From: Octopus sinensis
Lineage: Eukaryota
Assembly: GCF_006345805.1 (NCBI RefSeq)
Contig: NC_043004.1
Span: 104,408,001 to 104,472,000 of the forward strand
Length of the DNA: 64,000 nucleotides
Direction: 5' to 3'
The position numbers and the translations under genes were made by a program. Positions 37,490-50,470 of the stretch are shown here, piece after piece. Every line of letters begins with the position of its first letter. Within the stretch, counting starts at the first letter, position 1. The notes under the pieces were generated by a model. That model saw only the letters and a program-made list of their open reading frames with translations. It did no database searches and was not told the DNA's origin.

Positions 37490-38690
37490 TTCTTGCAAAT
37501 GTTTGGAGGGTTCTCTAGAAGTAGTTGAATACCTGTTACCTTTGGTGGCCTAAGTAGCAATGATAGAGCGTGTTCTGAAAGGACTATACTCGGAGTAAGA
37601 ACAGAGTGGAAAAAGCTTAGAGCATCAAAGGGATTCTTTCTCTGGGTGAATAACAGATTTTATGAGGCATGGGTACGAAATTTAGTGCTGCATGGTAACG
37701 AAACATGAGCATTGAATGTAGAGAATGTGGAAAGAAAATGAGGTGAATACAGTAGTTGGTATGCATGAATAATAGAACACATATGAGCTGATAGACAAAC
37801 TGGTTTTAAGAAAATCAAATGTTGTGTGGAAGAGAGAAGATTGTGATATTACACACATATATATGTGTGTGTGTGTATATATATGTGTGTCTGTGTTTGA
37901 CCCCACCACTATCACTTGACAACTGATGTTGGTGGTCTGTTCAAGTGCCCGTAACTTAGTGGTTTGGCAGAAGAGACTGATAGAAGAAGTACTAGGTTTA
38001 CAAAGAATAATACAGTTTTATATTTAAGAGATGAAGAATTATGTACATTACTTACATTATTTACATTCGACGGATATTTGTCCTCATCTTGTTTGTTGTT
38101 AACACATATAACACGGGTATATGGCGTAGTGATTAAGAGCACAGGCTACTAGCCTCAAGATTCCGTGTTCGATTCCAAGCAGTAACCTGAACACTAACGA
38201 TAATAATGATAATAATAACATCGACAAATACCTTAAAAATGAGAACCCAGGTTCGAAATTTCCCCAAGACACTTGAAGAAGGCTGGAGGGTATATCAGCC
38301 AAAACGTTGTATTAACAAAAAGCAAGATGAGGACAAATATCCGTTGAATGTAAATAATGTACAAAGAATAAGTCCTGGGGTCGATTTGTTTAACTAAAGG
38401 TGGTGCTCCAGCATGGCTGCAGTCAAATGACTGAAACAAGTAAAAGAATATAAGAATATTCGATGTATATTGAGGGTGTTGGCAGAGTGAAGAAGTGCCT
38501 AGTGATCCAAGTGGTAGGATCCTGCAGATAACAAAGACTAGGGGACACACGGAAATAGGTAATGAAAGGTAATCTCAGGTGGCTAGCTGAATCACAACAA
38601 GGAGATGATGAGTAGCGAGATGAGGATTTGGTGTGAAGACCTATCCTCTTAAATACAAATATGTAAAGAGTAAGATGTATGATGATGATG
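37490..38690 (+). mobile_element. Highly decayed RTE LINE 3' part, interrupted by SINE B (about 37860-38450)
   Basis: Remnants such as VKKCLVIQVVGSCR resemble the RTE C-terminus also seen antisense at 50630-50810; ends in (GAT)n. Confidence 0.5.
38011..38359 (+). mobile_element. tRNA-headed element with a degenerate Penelope-type hammerhead motif and an inverted 5' copy of its tail
   Basis: TSD tacaaagaataa; A-box tggcgtagtg at 38122; B-box gttcgattcc at 38167; hammerhead-like core 38268-38313; inverted repeat 38053-38106 versus 38308-38361. Confidence 0.7.
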
Positions 38691-38982
38691 ATGATCATCA
38701 TCATCATCATCATCATCTTATATATGTTGTTGAGAATTTGATCCAAAAGTAGATGCCCTGTCATGTCTACAGATGTGGGTTCAAGTCATGCAGGCAGCTT
38801 TCAACTTTTTCTATCCAAGGGCTTTTTAACCCAATATTTACATGCTGTTATTTATAGCTTTATTTGCTTCAAGATTCACCGTTCCTAAAGATGTGTATAT
38901 GTATGCATATATATATATATATATAATATATACATGTGTGGGTGTGTGTGTGTATATATATATATATATGTGTGTGTGCGTG

Positions 38983-39052
<70 letters not shown>

Positions 39053-39136
39053 GTTCCACCCATGCTAGCATGGAAGGCAGACATTAAACAATGATGATGA
39101 TGATGATGATGATATGAATTTTTCCAATTTTTTCAG

Positions 39137-39258
39137 CTTTGGAAATTTGTAAACAGAGATTAATGTCTCTAGATCTGGCAACCATACCAAAGCATTTCTT
39201 AGACAATGAAAGAGCTTTATATTTATCTTCCCTCATTCCGTTTGACAATGTGTGTATG
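39137..39258 (+). CDS. MSH5: MSH5 internal coding exon (122 nt, phase 1 to 0)
   Basis: ttttttcag|...|gtaagg. Encodes LEICKQRLMSLDLATIPKHFLDNERALYLSSLIPFDNVCM, matching MSH5 LEISKQRL...LSSIIPFD. Confidence 0.92.
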
Positions 39259-39464
39259 GTAAGGAAGGAAAATTATTTTGTATCTGTTGATTCAGTTTGC
39301 TTTTTATTCACTTAACCTAATTTACCTTATTTTGGTTTATTGTTCACTTGAAAGTTTGTGTTGTTGTTGTTGTTGTTGTTTATATTATGGCCATATCATC
39401 ACACTAGGTGCAGGTGTGATTGTGTCTTAAGTTTGCTTTGCCACCATTTCTTTTTGTTCTCTTA

Positions 39465-39850
39465 TTCAATTATTTGTTTCAGTCATTTGACTGCAACCAT
39501 GTTGGAACACCGCCTTTTTTTAATCAGAAAAATCAACCCCAGGACTTAATTCTTTGGAAGCCTAGTACTTATTCTATCAGCATCTTTTGCTGAACCTCTA
39601 AGTTAAGGGGACGTAAACACACCAACTTCAGTTGTCAAGCGATGATGGGGTGGGGGGAACAAACATATACACACATGTATATATATATATATGACAGGTT
39701 TCTTTTCAGTTTCTATCTACCAAATCCACTCACAAGGCTTTGGTTGGCCTGAGGCTATAGAAGAAGACACTTACCCAGAGTGCCATGCAGTAGGACTGAA
39801 CCTGGAACCATGTGGTTGGGAAGCAAGCTTCTTACCACACAGCTGCTCCT
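39465..39850 (-). mobile_element. SINE family B
   Basis: Full-length reverse-complement match. Confidence 0.8.
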
Positions 39851-40134
39851 GCATCATGTTTCAATTTCAATCTCATTGTGTGGTACCATTGGACAAGTGT
39901 CTTCTACTATAGCTCCTTGTCGACCAAAACCTTGAAAGTGAATTTAATGGATGAACACTAAAAGAAGGCTGTCGTGTGTGTGTATGTGTGTGTTACTGTC
40001 TCTTTTCCCTGACTTTGCATGGTGGTTGGAAGCAAGTGTCACCATCAGGCAAGCAGTGTCCTTCATTTTCTATCTTCTGTATAAACATGTCTGGTCAAGG
40101 AAAATCCACTTCAAAAAGTGGAGGTTAAAATGAT

Positions 40135-40236
40135 AATACTGAAAAATACCAGTTCTCTCCTAATTACTAAAGCTGAGTAACATTAAAACTGGCCAGAACT
40201 TAGATGGGTGACTCAAGAAACCCAGATGGTGGAAAC
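40135..40236 (+). pseudogene. Decayed 5S rRNA-derived sequence
   Basis: tgaaaaataccagttctc..actaaagctgagtaac..gaacttagatgggtgac aligns by eye to metazoan 5S (aaaacaccggttctcgtcc..gaagttaagc..gtacttggatgggtgacc). Confidence 0.6.
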
Positions 40237-40611
40237 TTGTTCTTTATGGCAAATGTTTGGCAGAGTTGGTAGAGAGTAACAGATAAATAAAAACAACTTG
40301 TAGTATTCAAGTGAATTCATTTCCACTCTGGCATCAGATGCTGTCCAGCTTCACTTCGTCCATCTTTTCTTAATGGTTGATAAATGAAGCACTTGGCAGC
40401 AATTCATTTGGCGGGAGCAAGATGGTGACGGCAACAAGACAATTGACTAGACAGATTATTCAGTTGTCTCTCAAAAGATTGCAGGACACTTGATAGTTGA
40501 TTGCTGTCTTGGACAGGCTGTGATCCTGACAATTTGCCAACTACTGTGAGCTTATAGACAAGCGGTACCACTGTAACTTATTATGCCCCAAAATACCGTC
40601 TTGTAATATAA

Positions 40612-40968
40612 CCAGCTGTGTGGAAAGAAGCTTGCTTCTCAACCACATGGTTCTGAGTTCAGTCCCACTGCATGGCACTTTGGGTAAGTGCCATCTACTA
40701 TAACCTCAGCCCGGCCAAAGCCTTGTGAGTTGATTTGGTAGATGGAAATTGAAAGAAACCCGTCGTATGTGTATGTGTGTATTTGTGTGTCTGTGTTTGG
40801 TCCCCCTGCCCCACCATCGCTTGACAACTGATGTTGGTATGTTTATGTCCCTGTAACTTTCGGTTCAGCAAAAGAAACTGATAGAATAAGTAACTAGGCT
40901 TACGAAGAATTAAGTCCTGGGGTTGATTTTTCTTACTAAAAAAAATGGTTGCAGTCAAATGACTGAAT
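40612..40968 (+). mobile_element. SINE family B
   Basis: Match to the family consensus. Confidence 0.8.
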
Positions 40969-41105
40969 ATGACCTGTAGAAGTGGATCTCTGCAGCAGCA
41001 GGAAGAGTAACAGCTCTGGGTGGGAGATAAAAACATGCATACTGGGGTCAATATTATTGACTATACACTAGTAGAATTGTACACTAGTATGGTTAAAGTT
41101 TAATA

Positions 41106-41352
41106 AGGTAGCAAACTGGCAGGATCATTAGCACACTGGGCAAAATGCTGAGCAGCATCGTGTCAGTCTCTGAGCATTCTGAGTTCAAATTCCGCCAAGG
41201 TTGACTTTGCCTTTCAATCCTTTCAGGGTTGACTTTCCTTTCAATCTTTTCCGGGTCAGTGAAATAAGTACCAGTTGTGAATTGAGGTTAATCTAATCTA
41301 CTTACCTCCTCCCCAAAACTTGCTGGCCTTGTGACAAAATTTGAAACCAATA
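41106..41352 (+). mobile_element. SINE family A with a short internal duplication
   Basis: ggttgactttgcctttcaatcctttt segment repeated. Confidence 0.75.
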
Positions 41353-42334
41353 TGGTTACAGTTCAATAACTGAAACAAATGAAAGAATTTATTTTCTGTT
41401 TTGTTTTGTTTTGTTGTTTTTCATGCTAGTATTTGGTTAGACAACTATGTTACCGAGGCATTGTTTTGTGGCTGGATACACTTCCTGTCACTAACCTTCA
41501 CTAAGTCTTACCTGTTCTTGGAAGCAAGGTTTAACTTATTTCATATGTCTTTGAGAACATGAACCGACTGGACAGAAGTGACAACAGCCACAACATCACT
41601 AGTAGCTTGTGACTTTCTTATTGTATAAATGAAACATGCACACACTCACACACACACACACGTGTGTGTGCATGTGTGTGTGTGTGTGTTTACATTTGTA
41701 ATCTAAGAAAGTTGCAAGCTACAAGTAGCGTTGTTACCACATTCGTTAACAATAACACACACAACACACACACGCAATTTCTCTCTACCAAATTCACTCA
41801 CAAGGCTTTGGTTGGCCCAGGGCTATAGTAGAAGACACTTCTCAAAGGTGCATGCCACAGGAAAAAACCAAAAAAAAACATGTGGCAAGGAACCAAAGTT
41901 CTGAAGCACACAGCCACACCTGAACCTGAAATCAATAACAGTGTGTGTGTGTGTGTGTGTGGCTGTCTGTCTGTATGTGTGTGTTTGTGCATACATAAGT
42001 GTGCATATGTATGTAATATATTTAGTGAGATTTTTTTCACCTTTTTTGTAAGTTTTTTCTTAACACGTAGGTGTTGTGGTCTCTCCATAAACAATTCTTG
42101 TTTATGGTTGAATGGCTGGAGTTCTCAGAAAAGTAAACAATTGAGGAGTTGCTTGCTTCAAAAACACACAGAAATATTCAGTGTTTCTAACTTTGAGGTG
42201 TCCCACCCATGCCTGCATGGAAAGCCACATTGACCTAGAAGCACACACAGATATGCACATACACACACTCAGGCATACTCAATATGCACACACACACTAA
42301 AATACATAAATATGCACACATACACAATATACTC

Positions 42335-42665
42335 TCTTTTTACTCTCTTTTACTTGTTTCAGTCATTTGACTGCGGCCATGCTGGAGCACCGCCTTTTAG
42401 TCGAGCAAATCGACCCCGGGACTTATTACTTTGTAAGCCCAGTACTTATTCTATCGGTCTCTTTTGCCGAACCGCTAAGTAACGGGGACATAAACACACC
42501 AGCATCGGTTGTCAAGCAATGCTAGGGGGACAAACACAGACACACAAACACAAATACACACACGCATATACATATATACGACGGGATTCTTTCAGTTTCC
42601 GTCTACCAAATCCACTCACAAGGCATTGGTCGGCCCGGGGCTATAGCAGAAGACACTTGCCCAAT
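42335..42665 (-). mobile_element. SINE family B, young, head truncated
   Basis: Near-consensus reverse complement. Confidence 0.85.
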
Positions 42666-42749
42666 AGACATACATGGCAAATAGAAGTACTAACAAGGAC
42701 ACAATATTATGTCCACACTCATATTTACAAACGCTCAGTGCAATACACT

Positions 42750-42826
42750 TGTATTCACACACACACACACAAAGTAAGCATAAACAACAAATACACAATA
42801 CAATATACACATAAATAACATGCACA

Positions 42827-42878
<52 letters not shown>

Positions 42879-43320
42879 CATATGCAAAGCCACCATACAT
42901 TACACATGTACAACTACACATTAACACAGCACTAGCGCGCACACGCACACACACAACATATGCAAAACTGTCATACATTACACATGTGCAAATACACATT
43001 GGTAACAGTGCACACATATGCACACATGCACACTCACACATGTGCACAGAAAATTTTAAAATTTGTTGCCGGCAGGTTTTCTCCAGTTGTATATATATGA
43101 TGCAATTTCCTTAAAATTCTGTTTGATAGAAGTTGAAATTAGTTTGTAAAATTTTTCTGTCATAATTAATTTTATTTGTAACACACACACGCATGCACAA
43201 ACACACGCATGCACGCACGCACACACACACACACACACACACACAACACAACACACACATCAGATATACAGAACATATGCACACACATGCAAAACACACA
43301 ACACATACAACACACACACA

Positions 43321-43352
<32 letters not shown>

Positions 43353-43831
43353 ATACATATATGTATGTATACGTCTATATATATATATATACATGTGCGT
43401 GTATACAAACAGGCAGAAATCTACTCATGGACATATATTTATACAAGCATTCACTCACACTATATATAAATACACTCACATTCACACACACACACTCACA
43501 TTCACACACACACACTCACATACAACATATATACAAGCGAATACAACTTATAAAAAGCACACACACACACACACACTTGCATGCAGCCTACCCAAACACT
43601 CTCTCTTTTTCCCTCCCTACTCTCTCTTTTTCTCCCCTCCTCCCTCTCTCTCATAAACAAGCATAAACCCACACACACATACTCATGCAACATATACACA
43701 CACACACACACACACATGCAGCATACAAAAGCATATGCAGAACATAAAGACAAGCACACACACACACACACACACACATACACACACATATTCATGCAAC
43801 ATATTCACAAACTACAGCTTATAGACAAGCA

Positions 43832-43893
<62 letters not shown>

Positions 43894-43965
43894 CAGCATA
43901 CAAAAGCACATGCAGAATATAAAGACAAGCACACACACACCCACCCACACACCCCACCCACACCC
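42750..43965. repeat. CA-rich microsatellite / low-complexity region
   Basis: Directly visible. Confidence 0.85.
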
Positions 43966-44539
43966 TGAATATCTGAAACTAGGAACACACTGAATAACAT
44001 TTGTCTTATGTCCACATTTCCTTGTAAAAGGTTTCCTTGGATATTTTCTTCTGGTTTAAATATTCAGAACCCTTTGTGTTGCTTTTATTACTAACCCCTT
44101 AGCCTGCAGCACTTCACTTACTATCCCTGTTATTTTATGACATAGTGTACCTAGGTCCACATCATCTAATGTATCTTTCCTCTGTTAAGACAGTAGTCTT
44201 AGTTAATTCAGCTGTTATTTCTAGCAAGTCAAACAACCACATAACAGTTTATTAGTTGTCTTGCTCCTCCATTTTATTGTTGTTTACCCCCGAGTCAGCC
44301 CTGGTTGAGCAGACTTATGATCATTGGAGTTACTGCTATGACCATTTTTTTTGTCTTTTGCATTGTAAAGTACATCTGGGGCTACGTTATCCAATGTGTC
44401 CATACGTTTTCAAGACCGTAGGTTGTAAGTTGAGGTAGATTTGGCTGCTATTTTCTGCAGATCTAGCAACCACTTAAAGTAGAAAGAATATATGTGTGTG
44501 TGTGTACACACACACACACATATTGCATGTACGTGTGTG

Positions 44540-45115
44540 TTTGCATGTGTGTGTGTACACACACGCAAACACACACACATGTAAACACACACGTACATGA
44601 ACACAAACACGCACACACACACATATACACACGCAAACACACACACATGTAAACACACACGTACATGAACACAAACACGCACACACACATATACACACGC
44701 AAACACACACACATGTAAACACAAACACGCACACACACACATATACACACGCAAACACACACACATGTAAACACACACGTACATGAACACAAACACGCAC
44801 ACACACACACACACATATACACACGCAAACACACACACATGCAAACACACACGTACATGAACACAAACACGCACACACACATATACACACGCAAACACAC
44901 ACACATGTAAACACACACACGCACACACACACATATACACACGCAAACACACACACATGCAAACACACACGTACATGAACACACACATATACACACGCAA
45001 ACACACACACATGTAAACACACGTACATGAACACAAACACACATATACACACTCAAACACACACGCAAACACACACACATACACACATGCAAACACACGT
45101 ACATGCACACACACA
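44540..45115. repeat. CA-derived minisatellite with higher-order units
   Basis: Recurring catatacacacgcaaacacacacacatgtaaacacacacgtacatgaacacaaacacgc. Confidence 0.9.
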
Positions 45116-45205
45116 GATGTATTAAATAAAACAAAGGCTGAAAAACTTAATATATTTTTAATTCCATGTTACATGTGCTTCATTACCAACATAGGAAATA
45201 CATTG

Positions 45206-45615
45206 CAGGAGTGGCTGTGTGGTAAGTAGCTTGCTAACCAACCACATGGTCCCGGGTTCAGTCCCACTGCGTGGCATCTTGGGCAAGTGTCTTCTGCTAT
45301 AGCCCCGGGACGACCAATGCCTTGTGAGTGGATTTGGTAGACAGAAACTGAAAGAAGCCTGTCGTATATATGTATATGTATATATATGTATTTAAGTGTG
45401 CGTATGTTTATGTGTCTGTGTTTGTCCCCCTAGCATTGCTTGACAACCGATGCTGGTGTGTTTACGTCCCCGTCACTTAGCGGTTCGGCAAAAGAGACCG
45501 ATAGAATAAGTACTGGGCTTACGAAGAATAAGTCCCGGGGTTGATTTGCTCGACTGAAGGCGGTGCTCCAGTATGGCCGCAGTCAAATGACTGAAACAAG
45601 TAAAAGAGTAAAAGA
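45206..45615 (+). mobile_element. SINE family B, young full-length copy
   Basis: Near-consensus. Confidence 0.88.
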
Positions 45616-45633
45616 GAGTATATACATAAGTGT

Positions 45634-45679
<46 letters not shown>

Positions 45680-46626
45680 ATGTCTCTTTGCTTTGACATC
45701 CTGTGATAGTTGTAGGCAAATGTTACTGTCATGCAAATTGTGGCCTTCATTTCCGACCTTCCACATAAACATGTCTGGTCATGGGGAAATATTACCTTGC
45801 TTGAAAACAGGTGAGGTTTGGCAACAGAAAGGGTATCTCAAAATAGAAAATCCACCCCAACAAAATCCATCCGACCCTTGCGAGCATGGAAAAAGGGATG
45901 TTAAAATGATAATGCTCTTAGCTGGAAAGAGCTTTGCAAATGGGTGTTGATTTGAGTTGAACAACAACAGAAGTTTTCCAAGCTGGTGTGGGTATAGTTT
46001 ATATTGATGGACAGTTATCTGATGTTAAAGCAGTGAAGTGTGAGGAGTGACCATTCATGCATGGATGTTTTATTAACCCTTTTGTGTTCATTTCTCTCAT
46101 AAAAATATACTTCCCATGTGTTTTAATTAATTTTGAGAATAATCAAGTATTAGGTGATTTAGTAAAAAAAAAAAATAAAAAATATATAAATAAATGAAAT
46201 TCAATATTTAACTGGTGTCTGGAGCTTAACAAAAAGTTTGGACATAAAATTATCATAGGAGGTTTTAGTTAAAATAAAAACAAGCTTTTGTGCAGTGGAA
46301 CCAGAGACAGTTGGTACAAAAAAGATTTATTACTATAAGGTGTATGAAGTGGAGGATAAAAAATAAAATTAACAAATTTTTTGATAGGAATAAAATAAAT
46401 TTTCTCTTCCATGTTAATATTGTTATTTTATATTCCCTTGATTTTTTTGTTGTTTTTTTTTTATATTAATTGGTCCAGCTTACATAGAGTACAAACAATA
46501 GAGAAAATTGAAGGAGTGGAAGAAAGGTGTTATAAGTCCAACAGCTATTTCTGGTTGTCTTGGAGATCCATAATAATGTTGGTAGATGTGGTTCATCACA
46601 ATATGTAGCTGTAATGGATATATATA

Positions 46627-46822
46627 GGCACAGGAGTGGCTGTATGGTAAGTAGCTTGCTTACCAACCACATGGTTCCGGGTTCAGTCCCACTGCGTGGC
46701 ACCTTGGGCAAATGTCTTCTACTATAGCCTCGGGCCGACCAAAGCCTTGTGAGTGGATTTGGTAGACGGAAACTGAAAGAAACCTGTCGTATATATATAT
46801 ATGTGTGTATGTATATGTTTGT
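46627..46822 (+). mobile_element. SINE family B, 5' half
   Basis: Near-consensus head to the internal microsatellite. Confidence 0.8.
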
Positions 46823-47269
46823 GAGTCTGAGTTGTGATTTCGGTTCCTGGAGAACACTTCATTACACGTTGCTCCAGTCCACTCTGATGGCAAAAATGAA
46901 TAATCCTGTGACGGACTGATATCTTGTCCAAATGGGGGAATAAATACGCCATGGAAACTGGGAAACCAGCCCTTATGAGTCAGTATGAGTTGAGAAAGTA
47001 ACTATACTTGTATTTTCCGTTACCTTTGCAAGTTATGTTCCAGCTCCTTACATTGCCTCCTTTGACACTGTTGCCAGGTTGTGTAAGCCTGAGTCAGTAG
47101 CCTTTCCTTTGGATAAAATATTGGTGGCATGGAGGACAAGGGACTCACTATTGGTTTTGCTCAAAGACATGTTGCCCAAGCCTGCAAATACTCATGCAAA
47201 TACACAGCCAATTGTGATCCGCAGCTGTACTATTCCTTTTGTAGCCTGCTAAATGAGAAGAGATACAAC

Positions 47270-47470
47270 AAGCACTTGACTGGAACCCGCAGGGGAAAAG
47301 GAAATGAGGACGTCTGAAGCAGACATGGAAGCGGAGAATTCTGGACAAGCTCAGGACCACCGGCCTGACATGGGAAGCAGCTAAGAAACACACCAATGAC
47401 CGCAAGAAGTGGAAAACAACTGTTGAGGCCCTATGCTCCACAAGGGGCAAAAAGGATTAAGAAGAAGGAG
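47270..47470 (+). mobile_element. RTE LINE 3' end
   Basis: DWNPQGKRK*GRLKQTWKR...GLTWEAAKKHTNDRKKWKTTVEALCSTRG followed by (GAA)n. Confidence 0.85.
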
Positions 47471-47499
47471 ACATGAGGAGATAATTCATCCGTTGCTCT

Positions 47500-47922
47500 A
47501 CTCTTTTCTCTTTTGCTGGTTTCAATCACTGAACTGTGGCCATGCTGGTGCTCCAACTTTAAGGGTTTTGTTGAACAAATCAACCGCTGTCCTTTTTTTT
47601 TTTAATCTGGTACTTATTCTATTGGTCTCTTTCACTGAACCAATAAGTTATGGGGATGTAAACAAACCAACACCAGTTGTTAAGCAGTGGTGGGGTACAA
47701 ACACATACAAAGACATGCACACTCATAGATATGTATGCATATATACTCATATAAAGGACTTCTTTCAGTTTCCATCTACCAAATCCATTCACAAGGTTCT
47801 GGTTGGCCTTGAGTTATGGTAGAAGACACTTGCCCAAGGTGCCACCTGCCACACAGCAGGACTGAACCCAAAACCATGTGATTGAGAAGCAAACTTCTTA
47901 CCACATAGCCATGCCTGTGCCT
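47500..47922 (-). mobile_element. SINE family B, diverged
   Basis: Reverse-complement match. Confidence 0.75.
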
Positions 47923-48749
47923 TCTCTATTTCTTGGAGGAAAGAGACACATTGACTGATTGCCCCTTACCATCCCATAATGCAATGTAGCCAATTCTAAG
48001 AAAATGAAGAGAGAGAGGGATGAATTGATCCCAGTAATTGACCGGTACATTTCTTAATGGAATCAATGAAGGACAAAGTTAAACTCAGCTGTATTTGAAC
48101 TCAAAGTGAAAACTTTAAGAACCGTGTCTGCAAGACATTTGTCCAATGTCCTAGTTACATTTCCTCTCACCTTTTTATACATTACTTTATATGTGACATG
48201 AAATAATTCAATGTCATTTCACTTTTTTGTTCACTCAAATGATTAAAACTCACGCCTCATAAATTATTATATCTACTTCCACCTAGTTTATTTTCGCAAC
48301 AAAGAATATATTAATACTAATAGTATACTAAACGTTCTTCAGAGTTGTTGTACTTGTCTAACAAGTCTGAGACCATGAAGCAGTTGTACTGAAAAAGATC
48401 TATTTTATTTGTTTAATAACTCACAAATCTATTAAATTATTTTATGTCATGTCAAAATATTTGTTGCAAAACTGAAAATTGATGACAAATTGGGTTTTAC
48501 TACAAAAATTAAACACATATTCACAGATTTTAGTGTGTAGATATTGAAATATATTTGAGAAATTTGTCTTGAAAATATCTGTCCAGTTAAACTTATCTCA
48601 ACTAGCATTTTTTTAACAGCAAACAAAATCAGTGGAGCAGTAGACAAAAAAAAAAAATTTGTAGCATTTAGGTTACATATCTTTACATTCTAGGTTCATT
48701 CCCACTCCAATGACAACCAAATTTACTTCACCTTTTGACCTTCTGCTGA

Positions 48750-49075
48750 AGGTACATAGCTTAGTGGTTAGTGTATACAGCTTACAATCATAAGGTTGGG
48801 AGTTTAATTCTCAGTGGTGCAGTGTTTCCTAGAGTAAGACCCTTTATTTCACAGTTCTCCAGTCCACTTTACTGGAAAAAATTAATTGTACCTGCAGTTC
48901 AATGGGCTGGCCTTGCCACATTCCGTGTGTCACGCTGAATCTCCCTAAGATTTACATTAAATGGTATGCATGTCTGTGGAAGGCTCAGCCACTTGCATGT
49001 TGATTTCACCAGCAGGCTGTTTCATTGATCGAACGAACTGGAACACTTGTCGCAGTAACCAGCAGAGTGCCGCAG
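48750..49075 (+). mobile_element. SINE family D, diverged
   Basis: tagcttagtggtta A-box-like; gagtaagaccctttatttcacagttctccagtccac. Confidence 0.6.
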
Positions 49076-49329
49076 CCTTCTGGTGTCAATAAACTAAATG
49101 CTAGTCAAGCAGAAGTGAAAACTCTCTGAAAGCTTGTGGTCTATTGGAACGGGCATTGGTCCCATGATTATACGGTTTTGGATTTAATTCATGGACTGTG
49201 TGATGCATTATGTCCTTGAGCAAGGCACTTTTTTTCACATTAGCCTAGGTTTTTTTCAGCTGAAAATGTGTTTAAATTTGAATGAACAGATCCTATGCTA
49301 TTGATCTTTACTTCAGTCTGATCTGGACA

Positions 49330-50010
49330 CATTACAGTAATGGATTATTGACTGGCAACTCAAGTTTACTGTAGACAAGTGCCACTGTCATTTGACAATT
49401 TGAAAGGAATTACTCAGAATTTACCTACTTCCTCTCCACAGCAACAATCTTTAGCAGTCTGCTGGTGAACATGACTTAGGCATTATTATCAACAATGATC
49501 TGCATTGAACAAACCACAAAAGACTGAAAGTGTCTTAGCATCACTCAGTAAGACCTTTTGCCAGCCACTCACCAGCTATGTCTGAGTACGGTCTGACCAC
49601 ACTTACAGTTTTACTGGAACCCTCATCTTGTCCAGACTATCGATTTGGTGGAAGGTGTCTAAAGATATGCAACCTAAGAAATACCCTCCATTAGTTACTT
49701 ATCATACCTTGAATATATTGCTTCTCAGGGCATCACCATTTTAATCTTTTAGTATTTAGCAGCTGACTTGGTAGAAAACCACATGGTTATTCACCATCTT
49801 TCCAGCTACAACTTAGGCCACCTTTTCAAAATTCAATACATCTGCAACTTGCTTATAAAATCAAAAAAACAGTGCAGCACCCATGACTTTTTGTCAAAGC
49901 ATGCAGAACTATCATCATCAGTTGTTAGCTGTCAGGACACTGCATCCTTCAAAAATTCCTTACTTCCCCAAATTTACCCTCATTACTCTTGAAAAGTCTA
50001 TGCACCATTC
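49330..50010 (+). mobile_element. CR1-type LINE RT C-terminal remnant
   Basis: EHDLGIIINNDL, WNPHL..IDLVEGV*RYAT and AADLVE fragments. Confidence 0.65.
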
Positions 50011-50088
50011 CTGACTCTTTTAATGCCCATTTTTCTCTGTTTCTGTTTTATTCTGTGTCTTGTACACATACATCTAACCTTCATTTCT

Positions 50089-50322
50089 TCTGTCTTTATT
50101 GCCCACAAGGGACTAAATATAGAGGGGACAAACAAGGACAGACAAAGGGACTAATTCGATTACATCATCCCCAGTACGTAACTGGTACTTAATTTATCAA
50201 CCCCAAAAGGATGAAAGGCAAAGTCGACCTCAGCGGAATTTGAACTCAGAACATTAAAGACAGACGAAATACCGCTAAGCATTTTGCCCGGTGTGCTAAC
50301 GTTTCTGCCAGCTCGCCGCCTT
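50089..50322 (-). mobile_element. SINE family A, full length with 16-bp TSD
   Basis: TSD tctaaccttcatttct / tctaacctttatttct. Confidence 0.88.
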
Positions 50323-50470
50323 TCTAACCTTTATTTCTGTGTTTCTTTACTTGACTTATATATCTACTTTCCTCCCCCTCTCTTAAGCTTTCTTTTTTTT
50401 TTTTCCAACAAGTTGTAGTACACCTGAGAACTGAATACAATTAATTAATTTATTATTATTGTAATTATGT

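Noticed and set aside
37281-37553. 90-aa acidic/Ser-rich ORF as a possible exon
   Set aside because: Composed of a family C repeat tail, (GAT)/(GCA) triplet runs and an RTE remnant.
44410-45134. 192-234 aa Cys/Val-rich ORFs, and a possible CRISPR-like array
   Set aside because: CA-derived minisatellite open in all three minus frames; no unique spacers, no cas genes, eukaryotic context.
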